Assembly: GCF_022539665.2 (NCBI RefSeq)
Contig: NC_081332.1
Span: 6,882,001 to 6,946,000 of the forward strand
Direction of reading: 5' to 3'
Source of the DNA: Daphnia carinata
Taxonomy: Eukaryota
DNA length: 64,000 bases
Positions 40,921 through 53,400 of this stretch are shown piece after piece (position 1 is the stretch's first letter; each line of letters starts with the position of its first letter). The notes beneath the pieces were generated by a model, which worked only from the letters and a program-made list of their open reading frames with translations, ran no database searches and had not been told where the DNA came from. The position numbers and the translations under genes are program-made.

Positions 40921-43900
40921 ATAATGATATTTCAACACCTCCTCTCATTATGAGCATCTATTGTGGAATTTCCACAATGTTCAACAATTCACAGAATTTA
41001 CTGAAACTAGAATAAGCTAGCGCTTTGGTAAAGATATCTGCTAATTGCTCATTGCTATTAATATAGGAGATGTTGATTTTCTTTTGATCTTCTGCATCCC
41101 TGATGAAGAAGAATCTCACGTCCATGTGTTTTGTCCGTTGATGGAATAGGGGATTTTTTATTAGCGTGATTGCTCCTTGATTGTCGCATCTAAGTTCTGT
41201 GGTTCTTTCTGGCCACCCCAGCTCCATTAACAGTCGTTGCAGCCATATCGCTTCTTTTGTAGCTTCTGCCGCTGCCATGAATTCCGCTTCAGTTGTGGAT
41301 AAAGCTACACACGTTTGACGTCGACTGAACCATGAACCTCCTAGGAAAATAAATATCGAGCCCGAGGTTGACCGACGAGTCTCTAAGTCACCTGCATAGT
41401 CGGAATCACAGTATCCGACTAGTAGACTACTTCCCCACGAAATCGGATTCCAAAGTTCAGTTTTCTTGAGATACGCTAGAATTCTTTTGGCTGCTTTCCA
41501 GTGTTCTTTTCCAGGCTTTTGGACGTATTGGGCAACTTGTCCAAGAGCTTGTGCGATGTCAGGGCGTGTGATATGTGAGATGTGTGTAAGGCATCCAACT
41601 AACTCTCTGTAGGATATATTGGACATTGATGCTGTTTCCTCTTCGTTTTGTGGACACATTCCGGGTGCAAGTTTGCAACAGGGGTCCTCTGGAATTGTGA
41701 GAGGATTACAGTTGAGCATATTAAATTTTTTAAGTATTTGCTTGATGTACTCCAAGAGCTTGATTGAGATAAATGAATTGTTCGGTTAGTGCGATCTCTG
41801 GTTATATCTATTCCAACAAACCGGTTTGCTGGCATTGATCTTATCTCAAATTCTTTTCCAAGGTGATCCAGTATGTCTGTGAGAACTTTGGGAATATTGC
41901 TAAGTATGATTCCGTCGTCTCGTCCGTCGTAACAAATGAAGACCGTAAACTCTTGGCTTTTTTTACTTGGTTGGTTGTGGCGAAAATAGACCAATGCATC
42001 CGCTTTGCTTCTGGTGAATCCGAATAATAACAGGAATTCATTAAATTTTTTGCTCCAAGCTCGTGAGGCTTGTTTGAGTCCGTACAGGCTTTTCTTTAAA
42101 CGGCATACGTCCTTTTCTCTTCCTGGGATAACAAATCCTTCAGGTTGGATCATGTAAATTTCTTCATCTAAGTCACCATTTAAGAACGCCGTTTTGATAT
42201 CTAACTGCATCATAGCCTCGGTTCTGCTTGTGGAGTTTCGCTTTCGTTGTTTTCTGCTACTTGAATATCATTTGTTTCAGCTGTATTGGAAGGGGGCATC
42301 AAAAGAAAGATTTCGTTGTTCCTAGACTGTCCCATTATTGAAGAAGGAGATTTTTCATTCAGGTTGCTGCAGATTATTTGTTCATCTACCTTGAAATTAT
42401 TGCTTGTGATGACTTTTCTGGTGGCAAGGATAAGGATGCGGGCAGCATTTTGTGTATGGCTTTGTCCTAGAAAAACTCCTTCTTGGCTTTTTGCATCAAG
42501 TTTCGTGCTGGTTGGAATACGTACAAAGGTTTTGGAGCCGAAAATCCGTAAGTTAGAAAGGTTTGGTTTCTTTTTAGTCCATGCTTAATGAGGTGTCATT
42601 TTTCTAGTAAGAGATAGAACGCGATTGTGAATGTAGGTAGAATAAGATGTTGCTGCTGCCCATAGTTCTGGTTGAAGTCCACTTGAGATTAACATGCTTG
42701 GGGCTGAGTTTTGTATTGTACGGTTGGTCCTTTCTGAAACACCATTTTGAGATTGGTTGTACGGGGCGCTGCTTTCGTGTCTAATCCCTTTTTCCGCAAG
42801 ATATTTTCTGAATTCGTTTCCATTGCATCCATCGCATTCGCTGCGCATTCGCCAACTTGGTTTTAAGGGGCGACCAAATCTAGAACGACGACGTTCTCCA
42901 ACAGCTTCTATTCCATTATTGGCAGCTGCGCCTATTGAAAAAAGGCTTGTTCCTAGTTCTGGGACGTATAGTGCGTCTTTAATAGTTGAATGCGTTATTA
43001 TTTGGTCCAATTCTATGGTTACGTTGATGCCTCCTTTGCCCAGTACGTTTAGTTTTGTATCGCCAATGCCTTGTGAAAGAGAGCAAGAAAGAATAAAAAA
43101 ACATCCACTTAGACATCGTGTGTTTAGTATGTCGTTTACCTGACACAGACCATTTTCCTTCTTCAATTGGTGTAATAGTTGAGAAAACACTTTTTTGATC
43201 TGACATGTGTCTGGTTGCTCCCGAATCGGCAAAGAAGGCAAAGATACTCCTGGGATCAAATGAAGATGGTGATGCCATGCCCCATTCTTCATTGCTTTTC
43301 ACTTTTTCTGCTCTCTTTTTCTTAACTCTTTCTTTTCATGGCCCCGGATCTTGCAGTAGTTGCATCTTGGTCGAGTGTCATTATAATTCGGTAGAGACTG
43401 GTGATTATGTCTTCCATATTTGTTGATGAATCCTCCTCTTATTCCAAAATGTCCTCCTCGGTAATTACCACGACCATAACCTCCTCTGCTTCCATTAAGG
43501 GCTCGAATTCTTCGTCATTACTTGTTTCTTGTTTTGAGTAAGAATCCATCACGTTTTCTTCATTCAATAAACGTTGAAGTAGGTTTTCTAGTGTGCGCTC
43601 GTGTACCGGAACACTTGACCAGACTAATCTCACTACTCTAAATCTCTCAGGTAAGGTAGCTAGAGCTTTGCTAACGACTTGAATTTCTTCGATGACTAGG
43701 TTTCGTTACCTCAGTCTATTTACACATGTTGATAGTTTTTGTAGATGTGTTCGCATGTCTTCACCTGTTGGAAGAGGTTTATATGAAGTGCAAGATGTGT
43801 ATCAATAACTTTAAATTGTAAATACCTTGTGTGAAGTTGAAATCATAGAAATTTTGCCAAATGAGATGTATCTGTTCCACAGTGTTGATCTCATATTGAT

Positions 43901-44789
43901 TATTCAACTTTTTCCACATATCGGCTGCAGTCAAACCAGGAGTGTAAAAGTTTTTTTTTCATTTCTCTTGTTAACGTACTGAATATGCAGTTTCGGGCTG
44001 TAATGTCTTTCTTGATCCAACTATTGATAACTGCTTCGTTTGTGATTTGGTCACCATCATAGGTCTAATAACACACTATAAACAAGAAATTATGTGTAGT
44101 TACTGTGATTTCATTTGCCATTTTGAGTTAGCAATGTAAATTTTGAACTGTGTAATTGACAGTGACAGTTGAGAATCGTAAAACTGAAAAGGTGTAAATA
44201 AACCAGAATTGTACTTCTAAACTGTGTGATTGTCAGTGACAGTTGAAATGTAAGACATTGTATTCAAAATTGTGTTACTCGCAGAAATAGTTTCAATTGC
44301 GAAGGTAAAAAAAAGGTAAATACCTCTTCTGGTCGCACTTCATATCCTGACACAATCATTGAAAGATCCAACAGTTTCAACACCAGATCCAATTAAAAAT
44401 GCCATTCACGGTAATTGGATTCGTCGAACTTGGGAACATTTTGTACTGCTTTGATTGAAATGTCACCGTTTTCTGCCATATTAATTTTGGGAAGATTCTG
44501 TAATTCTGGGCCCATAACCTGTTGGAATAAGTGATAGCTTATTCAGTACAGTTTATATAAGTTACACTAGCTCTCTATTTGATATCCAAATGGAAAGAAT
44601 AATCAGTTCATAATATTCAAACTTATATTAGGACAGAGTACCTTTACATACGGAGTTTGAAAGAAAAGAGAGCGCCGTAAGGCGACACCTACCCATGAAG
44701 AGAACAACCGAGGGTTAGGGATAAACAATACAAGATGATTCAGAAACCTAAATAGGTTTCCGTAACATGCTCATAATGATATTTCAACA
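40921..44789 (-). mobile_element. Ty1/copia LTR retrotransposon, decayed, with intron-interrupted gag-pol
   Basis: 5' LTR 44789-44520 (TGTTG...CAACA). Copia-type PBS GGTTATGGGCCCAG at 44519-44506. gag ATG at 44479 (KFDESNYREW; CNYCKIRGH knuckle). Protease FADSGAT, integrase APYNQSQNGVSERTNRT, RT QLDIKTAFLNG...KSLYGLKQA, RNase H YCDSDYAGD...RTKHMDVR, stop at 40958. PPT GAGAGGAGG, then only 17 bp of the 3' LTR (40937-40921). Contains stops, frameshifts and internal deletions. Confidence 0.93.
44520..44789 (-). repeat. 5' LTR of the copia element (270 bp)
   Basis: TGTTG...CAACA termini and directly abuts the PBS. First 17 nt are identical to the sequence after the PPT at 40937. Confidence 0.85.
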
Positions 44790-47413
44790 CTTTGCTCTTT
44801 TTTAGGTTTCTCGCTTCCGCTTCTGCTTTTTGTTCGACTTCTTCTTCTATTCGTTGTTTCAATTCGTCATCGGGACCGTCATATCGGAAGTTGATGGTGT
44901 TAAATCTTCTTCCAAATACGTCGTACAGTGTTTTGATCACGGTTTCTAAGGGATTAAACATGAAGTCAGAGATGACTACTCTTTCAGAATCAGAAAAGGC
45001 TTATTTCTCCTTCGGACTTCAAAATGACACCTTAATAGGCGAGTGTTTCTTTTGAAGTTGTTCGTCGTGACATCACGGTAAGCAGTAGCAGCAACGGTTA
45101 GGTTAACATTACTGTATCTCTTTGCACTATGCGAACAGATCTTCCTACGGATATAATTCCTGTTCTAGCCCCTTGTGCCTCTTCTGCTTTTTTTGCGTCT
45201 TTGATGTTACATTCGGACCTTATGTGTCCGTTTTTGTAACATCCGGCGGAGTGTTACTTTCGTGTGACGTATTGTGCGAGGATCTAATGCATTCTTTTGG
45301 CAGTCTTTCAGGTTCCGCAGAATTTGTGATTAAGCATCTTTCTGGCTGCTCATTCTAGTTACTTTTTTAGCTGTTGATAGTAAATTGATTTTTGGTGTAC
45401 GGTGCGATATTCTTCATGTCAATCAAAGGTTTCATTCGTTCGATGTGTGCAATGTTTGTTTTTGGTGATTTTTCCAAACGAAGCTCGGTAATTACTTTGC
45501 GTCGTCTGTCTAATCACTATATAAGGTCCAAGCCAACGATGTAGAAATGTCTCCAGGTTGGTCACCTTCATAATAGGTTTGTAGACCAGTACTTCTTCAT
45601 TTGGTAGGTACGCCATTGCTTCCCTTTTTTTTCGTCGTAGATGTCCTTTTGTCTCAGCTGCACTACGGTAGCTCGTGCTTGCTACAAGAGTTGAATTTCC
45701 TATTCCAACGAATCGCAATCTTAAGGTTGTATCCGGTTTGGGTTTGCGTTTGAAGCCACATCTATTGGGGGTATGGCTTCTGATTGGAACACGAGATAAA
45801 GTTGGGTTCTTCCCGTGGTCACGTGCCGTGTAGTATTGTATGCGAATGTTACAAAAGGTATCGATTACGATTCCCAGTCTCGATGATCTGCACTTACATA
45901 CGCCGTAATCATACATTGACAAAATATTTGCCAATGTATGATTACGGCGTTCCACCAATCCGTTGGCTTTTTATGCCTGTATCATTTTTCGTGTCACTCT
46001 TGCAGTAAAGCGGCGGCCTTGATCACTTGTTAACTGGCGTGGCGACCCATGTTTTAATAAGGAACTTTTACTAAGAAGTCAACTACTTCGTTAGCGTCAG
46101 CGGTAGGAAGTGCCTTCGTATCTGCCCATCTTATCACGTAATCAACTGCCACGACGATGAGTTTGTTCTTCTTTTTGATAATGGGAACGGGCCCGGGATA
46201 TCCATTCCTAATGTTTCAAATGGTGGTCGGTTCTTTTCCCTTCCATTTATCCGGCCGATTTGCGGTACACCGGTTTGCGAAATTAGCACTCCCTGCAATT
46301 GCGAACGAACTCACTGATATCTTCGGCCATCGCCCACCAAGAGGAACGATCTTGTACTTTCGCTAGCGTACCTGTCAATCCTGTCGTGATATCATGATGG
46401 CAAGAACGCATAACTTCTTTTTTGAACGACTGAGGCACACACAGTTTTAAAAGTCGTCCATAGTCAACTAATTTCTCGTAGAGCAACAGACCATATTTGA
46501 TTCGATACTCTCCTGGGACTTTTTGATCGCGACAAACACTTCATCCCATTCTTCTTGCTGGGCGCGTTGCCTTTCTTCTTTGGTATCATGGTAGATGCTC
46601 AAGGCGGCCACTATGGAGTTTTGAGCCTCATCTGTCCCTGTTACGACGTTTACTGGATAACGTGATAATGCGCCCGCATCCGTATGCAGTCTCCCGTTAC
46701 GACGTACAATTCTTAGTAAAAATTATTGTTACTGTAGATTCCAGCGTGTCAGACGTCCTGCTAAGTCTTCTTTGCTTAACAGCCAACAAAGCGCGTGATG
46801 GTCAGTCACCATCATGGTCTCCATTCCCCATGCGTAGCTTCTAAATTTCTTCACCGATCATCCAGACCAACGGCAGGCATTCCTTTTCCGTGATGGAATA
46901 ATTGTTTTCACTTAAGAGGTGACTCCCGTAGGCGAGGGGACTTTAGACGTTGTCGATCCGTTATAACAGCACCGCTCCAAGACCGTAGTCACACGCATCA
47001 TGATGTGTTTCGAAGGGCTTGGAGAAATCCGTATACGCTAACGTAGCAGCTTTAATTAGTGCTTTTCTCAACGATTTTATACAACATCATCTTCTCTCAA
47101 CGATTTTTTTTAGCTTTCTTCCTTGGGTCCTTCCCACACGAAGCATCCACCCTTTTTGAATCAGTTAGAGGTTTAGCAACGTTCGTGAATTGTGCAATGA
47201 GCCGTCTATAGTAGGAGCATAGTCCTATGAAACTTCAAACACATTTCAGTTGATCGGCTGGCTTGTTCAATGAGCACACTTACGGGAATTTACACATTTT
47301 TCCGCTAATTACTTGTCCAAAAGTTTTCATTCCTCGGGTTGCAAATTAACATTTCAAGAGTTTCATTTTTAATCCCGCTTCGTGCAATGCACTTCGCACT
47401 TTTCAAGACAGCT
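44790..47413 (-). mobile_element. Decayed Ty3/gypsy pol fragment (RT C-terminus, RNase H, integrase)
   Basis: Minus-strand fragments EAGLKMKLLKC, HHDACDYGLGAVL, VPQSFKKEVMRSCHHD...EFVRNCREC, VERRNHTL and LHRWLGPY. Many stops and frameshifts. Confidence 0.85.
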
Positions 47414-50400
47414 TGTCCACCTTAAGCCTGATCACACTAGATCCATCATCCGCTGGAAAGCCCCTTGGGCGGATGCCAATCCAAGCGGCATTACAAAAAA
47501 CTAGTAAAGGCCATCTGGTATCACGAATGCTGCTTTTGCCTTGTGCTCTTTGTGCATTGGGACTTGCCAGTACCCGCTATCTAGATCTGTTGCTTCAACC
47601 CAGTCTCGTTGCTCTTTCCCGTCTCAATCAAGCGTTCGGTTTTTTTTTTGTCCGTCTCAATAAAGAAGTCCTTTGTTTTATATCATCGTCATTTTCACTT
47701 CATCCCTCATCACTCATCCATCCCACTCTGTCTCTGTTACCAACTCTCGCACGGAGTCAGTAACAAATGGTGTCCGGGATTTGACGAACACTTGCATTTC
47801 CCGTCATCGTTAGTAAAACCCTCGCTTGATTTGTGAATTGTCGGGTATTCTCCCTGTAAACCTTTGGCAGACGTCTACGCCAGCCTGAAGGCACCCACCT
47901 GTCCACCACGTGTTTGCCATCTGACTAGAAGATCGGTGTATCTACGTGAATTATCGACATCCGTTAACGTGTGACTCTATCAGCCTAAAATAACGTTTCT
48001 ACGCCATGAGTGAAGCCGTACCCAAAGCCGAAAATATGGAAATTGGCCACATTTGGGGGCCCACCCCCAATGGTAGACGCATCGAAACCTGAACGGCAGA
48101 AGAGTGAACGGACCTTACTTCCCGAAAACGTAAATCTCAAGAAGAAACGTGGGAAGAGAAAGGCGGCCCACACGAAATTAACGACACAACTCAGAAAGGC
48201 TGTGGAAGACCACAAGATGGGAGCCATCAGATTGAAGAAATTGCAAGTAGCAGCATGGCGTGACGAATTGATTCGTATTTATGACGAAGTCAAAGTAATT
48301 CACAACCAATATACAGAAAGTATATACGACCTCACTGAGCAGCAACGTCAAGCATGTGACAAGTGGGAAGCAGACTTCGAAACAGACCACGTTGAAGTTA
48401 TCAAATTCACAAGTCGCTACGCCACTTCCTCAAATCAGTCCGTCAACTCGATCGGGGCATTAGCTTCGGACATCACATGTAGTACCACGTTATCTGGCTG
48501 CTGAAGCTGGAAGTGAAGTTGGAAACAGCAAGGGCTCAGATGGAGGCAAACACAACTTCCATCACAGAAACCCTCAACAAGGCGTTAAGGAGCATGAGCG
48601 AACAACTGAGTAAGCTCATTGATAGTTCGGCGGCGACAACACGCTAGTCAGAGAAGCACACCACACATTGGACGGGTTAGACCAGAAAATTGATGCAGTT
48701 AAGGTGGAATTAAATGCCAAAATCGAAGACCTTCGAACGGAAGTAGACGTCATGAAAGTTCAACCACGAACGATTCAAGATCAACGACCTCCCGGGCGAT
48801 CACCAGTCTTACCAACTCGTCAAGATGTTTCTACCCTGTCACCCCTGCGAACGATGAAAGATGCAGTCCGATATCGCAGAAGATTGGTCGCCGCCGATGC
48901 ATCTCTACGAGACCCCGATGTCGTCCAGCTGCGACCCTACGGATCACGGCGAAGATGACCGTTCTGAACGTTCGAACACCCACAGTCAAGCCAATCGACC
49001 TCATAGCAGCTGCTGCAGTCGCCTGCAACCTCCCAACTTCAAGATCCAGCCATTTGACGGTAACCCGAAGAACTACGCGCGATTCAAGGCCAAATTCCAG
49101 GCCTTGTATGAAGAGTATGAAGATTCTCCGGTACTTCTTTTTATGTAGGAGGAGCTGCTAGCCGAAGATGTACGAAACAAAATCGGTGAATGTCTTACCG
49201 ATGGAACGACGTTTAGACGCGATGTACGGTCGTACGGAAATTATGGATCAGACGTACCTCGACGACCTATTACAGGTCCCGCCATTGAAGAGCCTAGACG
49301 CTGCCCGCCTCAAGACCTTCGCAAACCGTCTTCATGGTGCAGTAGCCACGCTCTCCAAGTCGAAGTATGTCCATAAGCTATACAGCCGTACAACGTTGGT
49401 GGCCCTTGAAGCAAAATTGACGCCCTACCTCAAGGATAAGTGGAACGAGAAACGTAAAAAGACAGGAGTAGAACTGAATGTTCTAGACTTAGAAGACTGG
49501 GTAACGTTGAAATCCATGAGCAAGCAACATGGAAAAAATGTATTCGAGTCTTTACCCACGCCGACGTCCAAAGGTGTAAAGTTCGACGAAAGGAAGCTCA
49601 TCAAGAGACCCAGCTTCCCACACTTGTCGACCATTGGACACGTATCGACGATGGAAGGTTCGAAAGTAGCGGCGTCAACATCTTCAGCAACCATGCCTCC
49701 AAGGAGTCGATCAGCATCGGGGAAGATGCAAGCCGAGAAGACGGAACGGTGGAAATGCTTTGTATGCAACGGCAGGAGCCATCATCTCTCAACCTGCACC
49801 GTCTTCATGTCTCTCACGCCCACGAAAAGGGCTGAGAAAGTATTCAAGTCCGGAAGATGTCTTTATGTCTTACGGGAAAACACGAACGCAAGGAGTGTCC
49901 CAGGGACGTCAGCTGTACTATCGCTGATTGTACTGGAACCCGTCAACACACCTTGCTTCATGGATCCGAATTCACCCCATTGAGGAGGCTAGCGGATCCA
50001 ACTGCTCCATCAGCGCCCCCTTCGACACCATTCCTTGGGACCTTAACCCATTTGGAAACAGTAAAACGACGTGTACGTTTCGAGATCGTACCGGTTCGTG
50101 TTGGAGCTGGCAAAACATGGGTCGACACTTTCGGTTTCCTGGATACCGGAAGCAACACCACGCTGATTCGGAGCGACTTAGCCAAGAAGTTGGGACTCGT
50201 TGGGCCATCTAAACGCATCAACGTTGTCTCGTATGACGGAGCCACGTCTAACGTTACGGCTTCCGTAGTAAACTTCGCCCTAACGTCTCGCGATGGTAAT
50301 AGCCAGTTTGAAGCCAAACACGCTTACGCCGTCGACAATTTGAAGGTGACGCCGAATTCGCCGATCGACCCTCGACAGTTCCAGTCATGGAAACACCTAC

Positions 50401-53400
50401 GTGGTATTGACGTCCCGACCGTTCAACAAGAGGACGTGACCGTGCTGATAGGAATCGACGTCGCAGAGGCCCATGATCATGTAGCTTGCATCAAGCCACC
50501 GGCTTGAACGACTGGGCCCATCACCTTCAAGACGCCGTTTGGCTGGTGTTTGGGTGGACAAACAAGCCCGCCACAAGACGGACGCCCGTTCATCGCTCAT
50601 CTGGCCACCGTGGAACGTCCCGAAGACCTAAACGAGCTGGTGAAGAAGTTCTGGCAACTTGAGGCCAGTAAAGTAGAAATAGAACCACCCGTTCTATCTG
50701 AGGAAGACTTACGGGGAAATCGTATCCTAGAATCTTCCGTAAAACGTATTGGTAACCAGTATCAAGTCGGCTTAATGTGGAAGGCCGACGAAGTAAATCT
50801 CCCAAACAATCGGGCATCTGCATTGAAGAGGCTCTACGCCCTCGAACGACGTTTTCATCGAGACGCGGAGTTTGCCCAACGGTACGATGCAGTGGGCAAG
50901 GAGTACATCGGCTTAAAACACGCCCGACTCTTAACGACCCAAGAAGCCCAGACGGAGACAAATAAAACGTGGTATCTGCCACTCCACGGGGTCGTGAGCC
51001 CTTCCAGCTCATCGACCAAAGTTCGTGTCGTATTCGATGGGGCTGCTGAGTTTGGTGGCACATCGATAAACAAAACCTGCTCCGGAGCCCTAACTTACTT
51101 GTTATCCTGCTTGGTGTGCTCATCCGCTTCCGCCGTAACCTCGTACCAGTCGGAGCGGACATTGAGAAAATGTTCCACCAAGTGAAAGTCCCGGAAGAAG
51201 ACCAGGCCGCCTGGCAGTATTTCAGCTGCGTTAACGTACCAGATGACGGTGCAGGTATATGGAGCCATCTCCTCCCCAACGAGCTGCATCTTCGCCCTCA
51301 ACAGGACGGCTGACGACTACCGCAGCCAGTTTCCAGACGTAGCCGATAGCGTTCGACGTAATTTCTACGTCGAAAATTATCTCGACTCCTTCGACTCCGA
51401 AGACATGGTCATCAAACGGTCCCGCCAAATGAAATCCCTTCTTCAGCTAGGGGGATTCAACTTGACCAAGTGGACGTCGTCATCCAGAACGGTGATAGCA
51501 GTGCTACGAGAATTCGGCCTCGCATCACCAACTCTAGATCTGGACTTGGAGAAACTTCCGGTCGAGAGAACGCTTGGAGTAATGTGGGACAGCGAACGAG
51601 ATGACGTTCAAGATACGGAAGCCACCGAACAACGTGACCCTCACGAAACGAGCCTTTCTAAGCATCATCTCTAGCGTCTATGATCCGTTGGGACTGGTTG
51701 CCACAGTTATTTTCGTGATGAAGTCTCTACTCTAAGACATATGGACTAACGAAGAGCGGATCGGATGGGACGACGTCATACCGGAAACGTTGAGGCAACG
51801 CATCCATTGCTGGTACGACCATCTGGAAAATTTGGTGTCGCTGTCACTGCCGAGATGCTTCCATTCCAAACGAGGACGTTGGACTCAACAGCACCTCCAC
51901 GTCTTCACGGATGCAAGCTTCAAAGGGTACGGAGCAGTAGCGTACTTCCGCACTCTATTCGAGGACCAGTCCGTCAAGGTGTCATTCGTCATGTCGAAAA
52001 CGCACGTCACGCCGGTGAAAGGTCTCACGATTTCACGTTTGGAGCTACAAGCTGCCGTAGAAGGTCTCAACATCGCCCTCACGATTTGTCGTGAGCTGGG
52101 GATCGAATTACGGCAAGTGACCTTCCACACAGACTCGCAAACGGTGCTGCAGTGGATCCATTCAAAGACCTGCCGATTTGAAGTATTCGTTAACAACCGC
52201 ATCGGAAAAATACTCCGAAACACGGGTCGTCGACAATGGCGTCACGTTGCGGGAGACTTAAATCCAGCGGATCTCTGCAGCAGGGGTATCGACCCAAAGG
52301 ACGTCGAATTGGTCTACTTCCATCGAGGACCTTCGTTCCTGAACCTAGACCCCTCAGAGTGGTACACTTGGGAAGAGATTGCGGAGCCAGAAGAACGAGG
52401 CGTAAATGTAATCCGCGTCTTGGCAGTCAAAACGGAAGACGAGAATCATGTCATCGACCGGTGCGTCGCACGTTTCTCCAGTCTGTTGAGACTTCAACGA
52501 GTGCTGGCCTGGAGTAAAAGATTTGCCAACAACGCTACAGCAAAACTACGTGATGAAAAACCAATTGTCGGAGAGGACGAAATGCATCGTACGCGCGCAA
52601 GAATTGGCCTTTGCTGATGAAGTCTACGCCCTTCGCAAGAATCTGGAATTACCACTCAGATCAAAACTTCGCACCTTCCAGCTCTTCTTGGATGAAGCTG
52701 GACAGATGCGAATTGGCGGACGTATACTTCAAGCGCCGATCGACTATGCAGCCAAACACCCCATAATTCTACCGGCATCTCAACCTTAAAGGAAAAGGAT
52801 AATTTGGGATCACCGCGTTAGAAACATGCACGTCAAACACAGAGAGAAGACAGAGAGATTGCTAACTGACCTCCGTTCTCGCTATTGGATACTCTCTGGA
52901 CGTAAAGCGGTAAAATCCGTACTCAACAACTGCTGGCCTTGCAAGCGCACGTCGGCGAAGCTCAGCCCGCCGTTGATGGCTTCCCTTCCAGTACATCGTT
53001 TAATGCCTCATCTACTCGCGTTCACGTACACAGGGATCGATTACTTTGGTCCCTTGACCGTAAGAATTGGTGAACGGGGAAGAAGACAGGAAAAACGGTG
53101 GATCAGCCTATTCACGTGATTCACCACACGAGCAGTTCACCTGGAAGTAGCCAACGGGCTCTGTATGGAGGAGTTTTTACTTTGCTTCTCCCGCTTTGTT
53201 AGCCTACGTGGAAAACCCAAGGTCGTTTACAGCGACAATGGGACAAACTTTGTCGCCGCCGAGCAAGAGTTACGACAAGCCCTAGAAGAACTTGTTGCTA
53301 AACACGAAGAACTTCAGAGGTTAATGGCTTGTCAACAGATTCAGTGGCACTTCTCTCTACCCCATGGGCCCCACTTCGGTGGTGTTTGGGAAAGGATTGT

